Positions 1 through 8,671 of a stretch of DNA of 8,671 nt are shown piece after piece (the stretch's first letter is position 1; every line of letters starts with the position of its first letter). This DNA is from a virus (taxonomy: Duplodnaviria; Heunggongvirae; Uroviricota; Caudoviricetes): IMG/VR virus record IMGVR_UViG_2537562017_000016, one strand, 5' to 3'. The translations under genes were made by a program, and so were the position numbers. Below the pieces are notes generated by a model that worked only from the letters and a program-made list of their open reading frames with translations, was not told the origin of the DNA and ran no database searches.

Positions 1-1256
1 GATTTGAATCCTCCGGCTCCGAGACGGTGCTCGGTACAGAAGTGAAATATGACACGCCGATCACCCGGACCATCACGTCGGCAAACATTGACCGTCTGCG
101 TTTTACTTTCGGCGTGCAGGCACTGGTGGAAACCACCTCAAAGGGGGACAGGAATCCATCGGAAGTCCGCCTGCTGGTTCAGATACAACGTAACGGTGGC
201 TGGGTGACGGAAAAAGACATCACCATTAAGGGTAAAACCACTTCACAGTATCTGGCCTCGGTGGTGGTGGATAACCTGCCGCCGCGCCCGTTCAGTATCC
301 GGATGCGCAGGATGACGCCGGACAGCACCACAGACCAGCTGCAGAACAAAACGCTCTGGTCGTCATACACCGAAATTATCGATGTGAAACAGTGCTACCC
401 GAACACGGCACTGTTCGGCGTGCAGGTGGACTCGGAGCAGTTCGGCAGCCAGCAGGTGAGCCGTAATTATCATCTGCGCGGGCGTATTCTGCAGGTGCCG
501 TCGAATTATAACCCGCAGACGCGGCAATACAGCGGTATCTGGGACGGAACGTTTAAACCGGCATACAGCAACAACATGGCCTGGTGTATGTGGGATATGC
601 TGACCCATCCGCGCTACGGCATGGGGAAACGTCTTGGTGCAGCGGATGTAGATAAATGGGCGCTGTATGTCATCGGCCAGTACTGCGACCAGTCGGTGCC
701 GGACGGCTTTGGCGGCACGGAGCCGCGCATCACCTGTAATGCGTACCTGACCACACAGCGCAAGGCGTGGGATGTGCTCAGTGATTTCTGCTCGGCGATG
801 CGCTGTATGCCGGTATGGAACGGGCAGACGCTGACGTTCGTGCAGGACCGACCATCAGATAAGGTGTGGACCTATAACCGCAGTAATGTGGTGATGCCGG
901 ATGATGGCGCGCCGTTCCGCTACAGCTTCAGCGCCCTGAAGGACCGCCATAATGCCGTTGAGGTGAACTGGATTGACCCGAACAACGGCTGGGAGACGGC
1001 GACAGAGCTTGTTGAAGATACGCAGGCCATTGCCCGTTACGGTCGTAATGTCACGAAGATGGATGCCTTTGGCTGTACCAGCCGGGGGCAGGCACACCGC
1101 GCCGGGCTGTGGCTGATTAAAACGGAACTGCTGGAACGCAGACCGTGGACTTCAGCGTGGGTGCCGAAGGGCTTCGCCATGTACCGGGCGATGTCATTGA
1201 AATCTGCGATGATGACTATGCCGGTATCCGCACCGGCGGGCGTGTGCTGGCGGTGA
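1..1256 (+). CDS. J: J fragment: intact J-like reading from the window edge to about 1136, then out-of-frame read-through to the stop at 1254-1256
   Basis: Six-frame ORF 27..1256 extended to the window edge (no stop upstream in this frame); J-like sequence ends at ...GLWLIKTELLE, after which the J reading (TQTVDFSVGAEG...) continues in another frame. Confidence 0.55.
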   Translation, partial: FESSGSETVLGTEVKYDTPITRTITSANIDRLRFTFGVQALVETTSKGDRNPSEVRLLVQIQRNGGWVTEKDITIKGKTTSQYLASVVVDNLPPRPFSIRMRRMTPDSTTDQLQNKTLWSSYTEIIDVKQCYPNTALFGVQVDSEQFGSQQVSRNYHLRGRILQVPSNYNPQTRQYSGIWDGTFKPAYSNNMAWCMWDMLTHPRYGMGKRLGAADVDKWALYVIGQYCDQSVPDGFGGTEPRITCNAYLTTQRKAWDVLSDFCSAMRCMPVWNGQTLTFVQDRPSDKVWTYNRSNVVMPDDGAPFRYSFSALKDRHNAVEVNWIDPNNGWETATELVEDTQAIARYGRNVTKMDAFGCTSRGQAHRAGLWLIKTELLERRPWTSAWVPKGFAMYRAMSLKSAMMTMPVSAPAGVCWR

Positions 1257-1735
1257 ACAGCCAGACCCGGACGCTGACGCTCGACCGTGAAATCACGCTG
1301 CCATCTCCGGACCACGCTGATAAGCCTGGTTGACGGAGGGATCCGGTCAGCGTGGAGGTCAGTCCGTCACCGACGGCGTGAAGGTAAAGTGAGCCGTGTT
1401 CCTGACGGCGTTGCGATACAGCGTTGGGGGCTGAAGCTGCCGACGTGCGCCAGCGCCTGTTCCGCTGCGTGAGTATCCGTGAGAACGAGACGGCACGTAT
1501 GCCATCACCGCCGTGCAGCATGTACCGGAAAAAGAGGCCATCGTGGATAACGGGGCGCACTTTGACGGCGACCAGAGCGGCACGGTAATGGTGTCACGCC
1601 GCCAGCGTGCAGCACTGACCGCGAAGTCACGCAGACAGCGGGGAATATCAGGTGCTGGCGCGTGGGACACCCGAAGGTGGTGAAGGGCGTGAGCTTCCTG
1701 CTTCGCCTGACCGTGGCAGCGGATGACGGCAGTGA

Positions 1736-3139
<1,404 letters not shown>

Positions 3140-3156
3140 ATTTTATAACCCAGAAC

Positions 3157-3184
3157 GGGCGTCAGAAATGACGCCTTTTTTATT
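3157..3184 (+). terminator. Rho-independent terminator downstream of J
   Basis: Perfect 7-bp stem GGCGTCA (3158-3164) / TGACGCC (3169-3175) with GAAA loop, followed directly by TTTTTTATT. Confidence 0.75.
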
Positions 3185-3205
3185 GCAGAGAAGCGAGAGG
3201 TAATT

Positions 3206-3802
3206 ATGCGTAAACTTTATGCCGCCATTTTGTCCGCAGCCATTTGTCTGGCCGTATCCGGTGCGCCTGCATGGGCGTCTGAACATCAGTCCACGCTGAG
3301 CGCGGGGTATCTTCATGCCTCGACGAACGTTCCCGGCAGCGATGATCTGAACGGGATTAACGTGAAATACCGTTATGAGTTTACGGACACACTGGGGATG
3401 GTGACGTCATTCAGCTATGCAGGAGACAAGAATCGCCAGTACCCGTTACAGCGATACCCGCTGGCATGAAGATTCCGTCGTAACCGCTGGTTCAGCGTGA
3501 TGGCGGGGCCGTCTGTGCGCGTGAATGAATGGTTCAGCGCGTATGCGATGGCGGGTGTGGCTTACAGCCGTGTGTCGACTTTCTCCGGGGATTATCTCCG
3601 CGTAACTGACAACAAGGGGAAAACGCACGATGTACTGACCGGAAGTGATGACGGTCGCCACAGCAACACGTCTCTGGCGTGGGGAGCTGGCGTGCAGTTT
3701 AACCCGACCGAATCCGTGGCCATTGATGTCGCTTATGAAGGCTCCGGCAGTGGTGACTGGCGCACTGACGGGCTCATCGTGGGTGTTGGTTATAAGTTCT
3801 GA
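3206..3802 (+). pseudogene. lom: Lom outer-membrane protein (Ail/Lom/OmpX/PagC beta-barrel family); frame interrupted by three single-base deletions near 3440-3441 and 3479 that create a premature TGA at 3467-3469
   Basis: ATG at 3206 with GAGAGG (3195-3200) 5 nt upstream. ORFs 3206..3469 and 3497..3802 are in the same frame and together give a Lom-like protein (MRKLYAAILSAAICLAVSGAPAWASEHQSTLSAGYLHAS... / ...FSVMAGPSVRVNEWFSAYAMAGVAYSRV...GVGYKF); the 3441-3479 stretch reads as Lom-like (TRYSDTRWHEDSV) only in the shifted frame. Confidence 0.85.
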
Positions 3803-3828
3803 TTAGCCAGGTAACACAGTGTTATGAC

Positions 3829-3856
3829 AGCCCGCCGGTTCAGGCGGGCTTTTTTG
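3829..3856 (+). terminator. Rho-independent terminator downstream of lom
   Basis: Perfect 8-bp stem AGCCCGCC (3829-3836) / GGCGGGCT (3843-3850) with GGTTCA loop, followed by a T run (3851-3855). Confidence 0.75.
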
Positions 3857-3866
3857 TGGGGTGAAT

Positions 3867-6800
3867 ATGGCAGTAAAGATTTCAGGTGTACTGAAAGACG
3901 GCACAGGAAAACCGGTACAGAACTGCACAATCCAGCTGAAAGCAAAACGTAACAGCACCACGGTGGTGGTGAACACGCTGGCCTCAGAAAATCCGGATGA
4001 AGCCGGGCGTTACAGCATGGACGTTGAGTACGGTCAGTACAGCGTTATTCTGTTGGTGGAAGGATTCCCGCCGTCACATGCCGGGACCATCACCGTGTAT
4101 GAAGATTCTCAACCCGGTACGCTGAATGATTTTCTCGGTGCCATGACGGAGGATGATGCCCGTCCGGAGGCACTGCGCCGTTTTGAACTGATGGTGGAAG
4201 AGGTGGCGCGTAACGCGTCCGGGTGGCACAGAACACGGCGCCGCGAAGAAGTCAGCCGTGATGCCAGCACATCAGCCCGTGAGGCGGCAACCCATGCGAC
4301 TGATGCTGCAGGCTCAGCACGCGCAGCCAGCACGTCAGCCGGACAGGCCGCGTCGTCGGCTCAGTCAGCGACTTCCAGCGCAGGAACGGCATCAACAAAG
4401 GCCACTGAAGCATCAAAAAGTGCTGCCGCTGCAGAGTCCTCAAAAAGCGCGGCAGCTACCAGTGCCAGTGCCGCGAAAACGTCAGAAACGAATGCTGCAG
4501 CGTCACAACAATCAGCAGCCACTTCTGCATCCACCGCGACTACGAAAGCGTCAGAAGCTGCCACCTCAGCCCGGGATGCGGCGGCTTCAAAAGAGGCGGC
4601 AAAATCATCAGAAACGAACGCATCCTCGAGCGCCAGTAGCGCAGCTTCCTCGGCAACAGCGGCAGGAAATTCCGCGAAGGCGGCAAAAACGTCAGAGACG
4701 AACGCCAGGTCTTCTGAAACGGCAGCGGGACAGAGCGCCTCGGCTGCGGCAGGCTCAAAAACAGCGGCTGCGTCGTCTGCCAGTGCAGCGTCAACAAGTG
4801 CCGGGCAGGCCTCAGCCAGTGCCACCGCCGCCGGAAAATCGGCAGAAAGCGCCGCATCGTCTGCTTCAACAGCCACAACGAAGGCTGGCGAAGCCACTGA
4901 ACAGGCCAGCGCAGCAGCGAGGTCTGCTTCCGCAGCGAAGACATCCGAAACGAACGCGAAAGCGTCGGAAACCAGCGCAGAATCCTCAAAAACGGCTGCC
5001 GCATCGTCAGCCAGTTCGGCGTCGTCATCGGCATCATCGGCGTCTGCTTCAAAAGATGAGGCGACCAGACAGGCGTCAGCAGCGAAGAGCAGCGCCACGA
5101 CGGCATCCACGAAGGCAACAGAGGCGGCAGGCAGTGCGACGGCAGCATCTCAGAGCAAAACTACTGCTGAATCCGCTGCGACCCGTGCGGAAGCTGCTGC
5201 TGATCGTGCTGAAGAGATTGCCGGTGCAGTTGCGATGGAAGACGCAAGCCTTACAACTAAAGGTGTTGTGAAACTTAGCAGTGCTGTTGATAGCACCAGT
5301 GAATCGCTGGCCGCAACGCCAAAAGCAGTTAAAGCAGCCAATGACAATGCGAATAGCAGGGTGCCATCTAACCGAAAAGTTAACGGAAAAGCATTGACTG
5401 CGGATATAACATTAACGCCGAAAGATATTGGTACTTTAAATTCAGTAACGATGTCTTTCTCTGGCGGGGCTGGGTGGTTCAAACTGGCTACGGTTACCAT
5501 GCCACAAGCGAGTTCCATCGTTTACATCGCATTGATTGGTGGCGCTGGTTACAACGTCGGTTCCCCACATCAGGCAGGCATTTCAGAACTGGTTCTACGA
5601 GCAGGCAATGGAAACCCCAAAGGAATTACCGGGGCTTTGTGGAAGCGTACAGCCGTCGGATTAACGAATTTCGCCTGGATCAACACATCCGGCGATACAT
5701 ATGATATTTACGTTGAGATTGGCAATTATGCGACGAGTGTAAATATCCATTGGGATTGTACTGCAAATGCGTCAGTTTCTGTTTATACCTCGCCAACATA
5801 TTCAGCGAGTAAGCCTTCCAGCGTTACCTATGGTGTTGTTTATACGATGTATAGCTCACATCAGAAACCTACACCATCAGATATTGGAGCACTGCCAACA
5901 ACCGGAGGAACAGTTTCAGGTCCGTTGTCTGTTACAGGTGGATTAACTGGTTCATTGAATGGTAATGCAAGTACAGCCACGAAATTGCAGACGGCAAGAT
6001 CTATCGGTGGAGTTGTTTTCGACGGTTCTGCAAATATTAACCTTCCAGGTGTAAACACTACGGGTAATCAGAACACCACTGGTAATGCTGCAACTGCTAC
6101 AAAACTTCAGACTGCAAGAAAAATATCCGGTGTTCCATTTGATGGTTCTACTGATATCACTTTAACCGCCGCGCATGTGGCTGCTTTTGCCAGAAGGGCA
6201 ACGGATACATATGCCGATGCGGATGGTGGCGTTCCCTGGAATGCCGAATCAGGCGCTTACAATGTCACCCGCTCTGGCGACACCTATATTCTGGTTAACT
6301 TCTATACCGGAGTCGGAAGTTGCCGGACCCTGCAGATGAAGGCGCATTACAGAAATGGAGGTCTGTTCTACCGTTCCTCAAGAGATGGCTATGGTTTTGA
6401 GGAAGGCTGGGCAGAAGTTTATACCTCGAAAAATCTTCCACCAGAAAGCTACCCAGTTGGCGCACCAATCCCGTGGCCATCAGATACCGTTCCGTCTGGT
6501 TATGCCCTGATGCAGGGGCAGACTTTTGACAAATCTGCTTACCCGAAACTTGCAGCGGCTTATCCGTCAGGCGTGATCCCTGATATGCGTGGCTGGACGA
6601 TTAAGGGCAAGCCCGCCAGTGGTCGTGCCGTATTGTCTCAGGAACAGGATGGCATTAAATCGCATACCCACAGCGCCAGCGCATCCAGTACGGATTTGGG
6701 GACGAAAACCACATCGTCGTTTGATTACGGCACTAAATCCACGAATAACACCGGGGCGCATACCCATAGTGTTAGCGGTACGGCTGCTTCAGCCGGTGCA

Positions 6801-7091
6801 CATACCCATTCGATAACATTTGTTTCAGGTGGCACCAAAGGTGCTCCGGGAAGTGGATCACCTGATTATTCTAAATACAGTGTTAACACTTCTTCTGCAG
6901 GCGCTCATACGCACTCTGTATCGGGTACTGCTGCAAGCGCAGGTGCACACGCACATACTGTAGGTATTGGTGCGCATACGCACTCGGTTGCGATTGGTTC
7001 ACATGGACACACCATCACCGTTAACGCTGCTGGTAACGCGGAAAACACCGTCAAAAACATCGCATTTAACTATATTGTGAGGCTTGCATAA
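3867..7091 (+). CDS. stfR: Side tail fibre protein (Stf; Rac-type StfR-like): N-terminal tail-attachment region, Ala/Ser/Thr-rich shaft, tail-fibre repeats, collar-like domain and His-rich HxH C-terminal array
   Basis: ATG at 3867 with GGGG (3858-3861) upstream; the ORF track's GTG at 3861 is less likely. Protein [37 protein letters not shown]...; two KLQTAR-x-I-GG/SG-V-x-FDGS repeats; GAPIPWPSD...[19 protein letters not shown] collar-like motif; repeated GAHTHS/GAHAHT/SHGHT; ends ...[25 protein letters not shown] at 7089-7091. Confidence 0.9.
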   Translation: MAVKISGVLKDGTGKPVQNCTIQLKAKRNSTTVVVNTLASENPDEAGRYSMDVEYGQYSVILLVEGFPPSHAGTITVYEDSQPGTLNDFLGAMTEDDARPEALRRFELMVEEVARNASGWHRTRRREEVSRDASTSAREAATHATDAAGSARAASTSAGQAASSAQSATSSAGTASTKATEASKSAAAAESSKSAAATSASAAKTSETNAAASQQSAATSASTATTKASEAATSARDAAASKEAAKSSETNASSSASSAASSATAAGNSAKAAKTSETNARSSETAAGQSASAAAGSKTAAASSASAASTSAGQASASATAAGKSAESAASSASTATTKAGEATEQASAAARSASAAKTSETNAKASETSAESSKTAAASSASSASSSASSASASKDEATRQASAAKSSATTASTKATEAAGSATAASQSKTTAESAATRAEAAADRAEEIAGAVAMEDASLTTKGVVKLSSAVDSTSESLAATPKAVKAANDNANSRVPSNRKVNGKALTADITLTPKDIGTLNSVTMSFSGGAGWFKLATVTMPQASSIVYIALIGGAGYNVGSPHQAGISELVLRAGNGNPKGITGALWKRTAVGLTNFAWINTSGDTYDIYVEIGNYATSVNIHWDCTANASVSVYTSPTYSASKPSSVTYGVVYTMYSSHQKPTPSDIGALPTTGGTVSGPLSVTGGLTGSLNGNASTATKLQTARSIGGVVFDGSANINLPGVNTTGNQNTTGNAATATKLQTARKISGVPFDGSTDITLTAAHVAAFARRATDTYADADGGVPWNAESGAYNVTRSGDTYILVNFYTGVGSCRTLQMKAHYRNGGLFYRSSRDGYGFEEGWAEVYTSKNLPPESYPVGAPIPWPSDTVPSGYALMQGQTFDKSAYPKLAAAYPSGVIPDMRGWTIKGKPASGRAVLSQEQDGIKSHTHSASASSTDLGTKTTSSFDYGTKSTNNTGAHTHSVSGTAASAGAHTHSITFVSGGTKGAPGSGSPDYSKYSVNTSSAGAHTHSVSGTAASAGAHAHTVGIGAHTHSVAIGSHGHTITVNAAGNAENTVKNIAFNYIVRLA
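4260..5230 (+). repeat. Degenerate in-frame tandem repeat region encoding the Ala/Ser/Thr-rich shaft of Stf
   Basis: About 320 codons almost entirely A/S/T/K/E/Q, with a recurring AAKTSETNA-type motif at DNA positions about 4473, 4603, 4681 and 4936. GC-rich GCN/TCN/ACN codon bias, which generates the long spurious ORFs in the alternative and antisense frames. Confidence 0.6.
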
Positions 7092-7675
7092 TGGCATTCA
7101 GAATGAGTGAACAACCACGGACCATAAAAATTTATAATCTGCTGGCCGGAACTAATGAATTTATTGGTGAAGGTGATGCATATATTCCGCCTCATACAGG
7201 TCTGCCAGCAAACAGTACCGACATTGCACCGCCAGATATTCCAGCTGGCTTCGTGGCTGTTTTCAACAGTGATGAGTCATCGTGGCATCTCGTTGAAGAT
7301 CATCGGGGTAAAACGGTTTATGACGTGGCTTCCGGCGACGCGTTATTTATTTCTGAACTCGGCTCATTACCGGAAAATGTCACCTGGTTATCGCCGGAAG
7401 GGGAGTTTCAGAAGTGGAACGGCACAGCCTGGGTGAAAGATGCAGAAGCAGAAAAACTGTTCCGGATCCGGGAGGCGGAAGAAACAAAAAACAGCCTGAT
7501 GCAGGTAGCCAGTGAGCATATTGCGCCACTTCAGGATGCTGTAGATCTGGAAATCGCAACGGAGGAAGAAACCTCATTGCTGGAAGTCTGGAAAAAGTAT
7601 CGGGTGTTGCTGAACCGTGTTGATACATCAACTGCACCGGATATTGAATGGCCAACAGGACCCATTATCGAATAG
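7091..7675 (+). CDS. tfaR: Tail fibre assembly protein (Tfa; TfaR-like chaperone for Stf)
   Basis: ATG at 7091 overlaps the stf stop (TAATG), with GTGAGG (7077-7082) upstream, indicating translational coupling. 194 aa, [54 protein letters not shown]..., typical of Tfa. Confidence 0.9.
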   Translation: MAFRMSEQPRTIKIYNLLAGTNEFIGEGDAYIPPHTGLPANSTDIAPPDIPAGFVAVFNSDESSWHLVEDHRGKTVYDVASGDALFISELGSLPENVTWLSPEGEFQKWNGTAWVKDAEAEKLFRIREAEETKNSLMQVASEHIAPLQDAVDLEIATEEETSLLEVWKKYRVLLNRVDTSTAPDIEWPTGPIIE

Positions 7676-7683
7676 TGCATTAC

Positions 7684-7722
7684 AAACTGCAGGATATTAT
7701 ATGGGATAATATTCTGCAGTTT
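7684..7722. terminator. 17-bp inverted repeat with 5-nt loop between convergent tfa and pin; candidate bidirectional terminator or protein-binding site
   Basis: AAACTGCAGGATATTAT (7684-7700), loop ATGGG, ATAATATTCTGCAGTTT (7706-7722). One non-Watson-Crick position (G7693 with T7713) is a G-U pair in the + strand transcript. AT-rich stem, so terminator strength is uncertain. Confidence 0.45.
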
Positions 7723-7785
7723 ATTGGGGCTAAAAAAGGGGGCTATTTTGAGTGAGTTATCACCTTCTCACACCGAGATTATTTT

Positions 7786-8376
7786 TTATATGTCAGGTGT
7801 CTGAAGTTTTGCTTTGGCTCTTAAAATGGTTTGCCGCGAGGTTTTGAATTCCCGGGCAATGGCACTTATACTTACACCTGACTTAATTCGTTCGAATACC
7901 GCCTGTTTCTGTTCTTCATTTAACACAGGTGGTCGACCAAAACGTTTCCCTGCGCCGCGGGCTCTTACTATCCCGGAATGAGTGCGTTCAAGTAAAAGGT
8001 CTCGTTCAAATTCAGCGACTGCTGAAATTACTTGCATCATCATTTTTCCTGTTGGACTGGTCAGGTCAATGCCCCCCAATGCTAAGCAATGCACTCTGAT
8101 ACCTGTTTCGGTCAGTTGTTCCACTGTTTTCCTGATATCCATTGCATTACAACCAAGGCGATCCAGTTTTGTCACAATCAATTGATCACCACATTTCAGG
8201 CGAGCAAGCAACCGGTTAAAACCAGGACGCTCACTGGTTGCTGCTGAGCCGCTAATGTGTTCTTCGATTATTTGCTGAGGTTTGATTTTAAAACCTGCAC
8301 TTTCGATTTCCCGGCGTTGATTTTCGGTGGTCTGATCCAGCGTTGATATCCGACAGTAAGCAAAAATTTGAGACAT
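7786..8376 (-). CDS. pinR: Serine recombinase, DNA invertase of the Pin family (PinR/PinQ-like)
   Basis: 196 aa, [29 protein letters not shown]... with the catalytic Ser in the YCRISTLDQ motif at residue 10 and a C-terminal helix-turn-helix region ([21 protein letters not shown]). Start is ATG at 8374-8376 (- strand), stop TAA at 7786-7788. Confidence 0.9.
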   Translation of the reverse strand: MSQIFAYCRISTLDQTTENQRREIESAGFKIKPQQIIEEHISGSAATSERPGFNRLLARLKCGDQLIVTKLDRLGCNAMDIRKTVEQLTETGIRVHCLALGGIDLTSPTGKMMMQVISAVAEFERDLLLERTHSGIVRARGAGKRFGRPPVLNEEQKQAVFERIKSGVSISAIAREFKTSRQTILRAKAKLQTPDI

Positions 8377-8648
8377 AGTGAGACTCTATACGAAATTGGT
8401 GTTCATATCATAATGCATCTCAGAAAATAATTATGATTATTTTTGTGCATATTTGTATGTACACGTTCGAAAATAAACGAATGCGTATGCAACCCCGTAA
8501 TTTTGGTGAGACCCAAAATCGATTTTGTGAAAAATGGCTTTAACTCGGTTTGTTTTTCGAGTTCCGGGCGGACTCAAGGGAGAAGAATAGTGTTGCGTGT
8601 TATTTTAACCAGATTTCAAGTTGTTTGGTCGTGGAAAAGTGGAGCAAA
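8377..8648. promoter_or_regulatory. AT-rich divergent intergenic region upstream of pin and of the next gene; contains a 7-bp perfect palindrome pair
   Basis: Non-coding and AT-rich. ATTTTGG (8500-8506), 6-bp spacer, CCAAAAT (8513-8519), followed by a direct partial repeat GATTTTGTGA (8521-8530). No promoter elements could be assigned confidently by eye. Confidence 0.3.
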
Positions 8649-8671
8649 ATGTTGTTAAAGTGGAAAAATGA
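8649..8671 (+). CDS. Start of an unidentified gene running off the right edge of the window (only 7 codons visible)
   Basis: ATG at 8649 preceded by GGAG (8641-8644); reads MLLKWKN... to the window end. Too short to identify. Confidence 0.2.

Noticed and set aside
4258-5518. ORFs 4258..5271 (+, 337 aa, Arg/Gln/Pro-rich), 4361..5110 (-), 4540..5148 (-) and 5150..5518 (-) overlapping stf
   Set aside because: Alternative-frame and antisense readings of the repetitive GC-rich Ala/Ser/Thr shaft. Extreme composition, no ribosome-binding sites, and the stf frame is the one with recognisable fibre motifs.
7301-7330. Possible invertase crossover site at GGGGTAAAACGGTTTATGACG inside tfa
   Set aside because: It only loosely resembles the AAACC-NN-GGTTT core of gix, hix and cix sites, has an odd-length centre, lies mid-gene in tfa, and has no inverted partner in the window.
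7155-7655. ORFs 7155..7436 (+) and 7380..7655 (-) inside tfa
   Set aside because: Fully embedded in or antisense to the well-supported tfa frame, with no independent coding signal.
7723-7785. GGGGCT-AAAAAA-GGGGGCT direct repeat and a short GTGAG/CTCAC inverted repeat between the tfa hairpin and the pin stop
   Set aside because: Too short and too imperfect to distinguish from chance in a 60-bp spacer; noted only as possible flanking sequence of the terminator.
8443-8658. ORF 8443..8658 (+, 71 aa, Cys-rich)
   Set aside because: It lies in the AT-rich intergenic region with no ribosome-binding site and an implausible composition, and is out of frame with the better-supported ATG at 8649.

Overview
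This window is the distal tail module of a lambdoid (Rac-type) prophage, almost certainly from an enterobacterial genome. On the + strand it carries the 3' ~3.1 kb of a lambda gpJ-like host-specificity gene (entering from the left edge), lom, a 1075-codon side tail fibre gene (stf) and a translationally coupled tail-fibre assembly gene (tfa). A serine-recombinase invertase gene (pin) converges on them from the - strand, followed by an AT-rich region and the first codons of another gene. Hairpin-plus-T-tract terminators follow J and lom, and a longer AT-rich inverted repeat lies between tfa and pin. I found no RNA genes, CRISPR arrays, IS elements or recognisable defence or toxin genes, so I do not think this window holds a novel system; it is a known structural module. 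The main observation is a signature in the sequence itself: about 25 single-base deletions, each repairable by adding one base to an existing homopolymer, fall in three tight clusters (19 in J, 3 in lom, 3 hidden inside stf), while flanking sequence is clean. That pattern fits a sequencing or assembly artefact better than natural pseudogene decay, but I cannot decide this from sequence alone. Secondary observations are the compositionally distinct, probably exchanged receptor-binding modules in J and stf, and a pin invertase with no invertible segment visible in the window. Comparisons to lambda J and K-12 Rac proteins are from memory and unverified.
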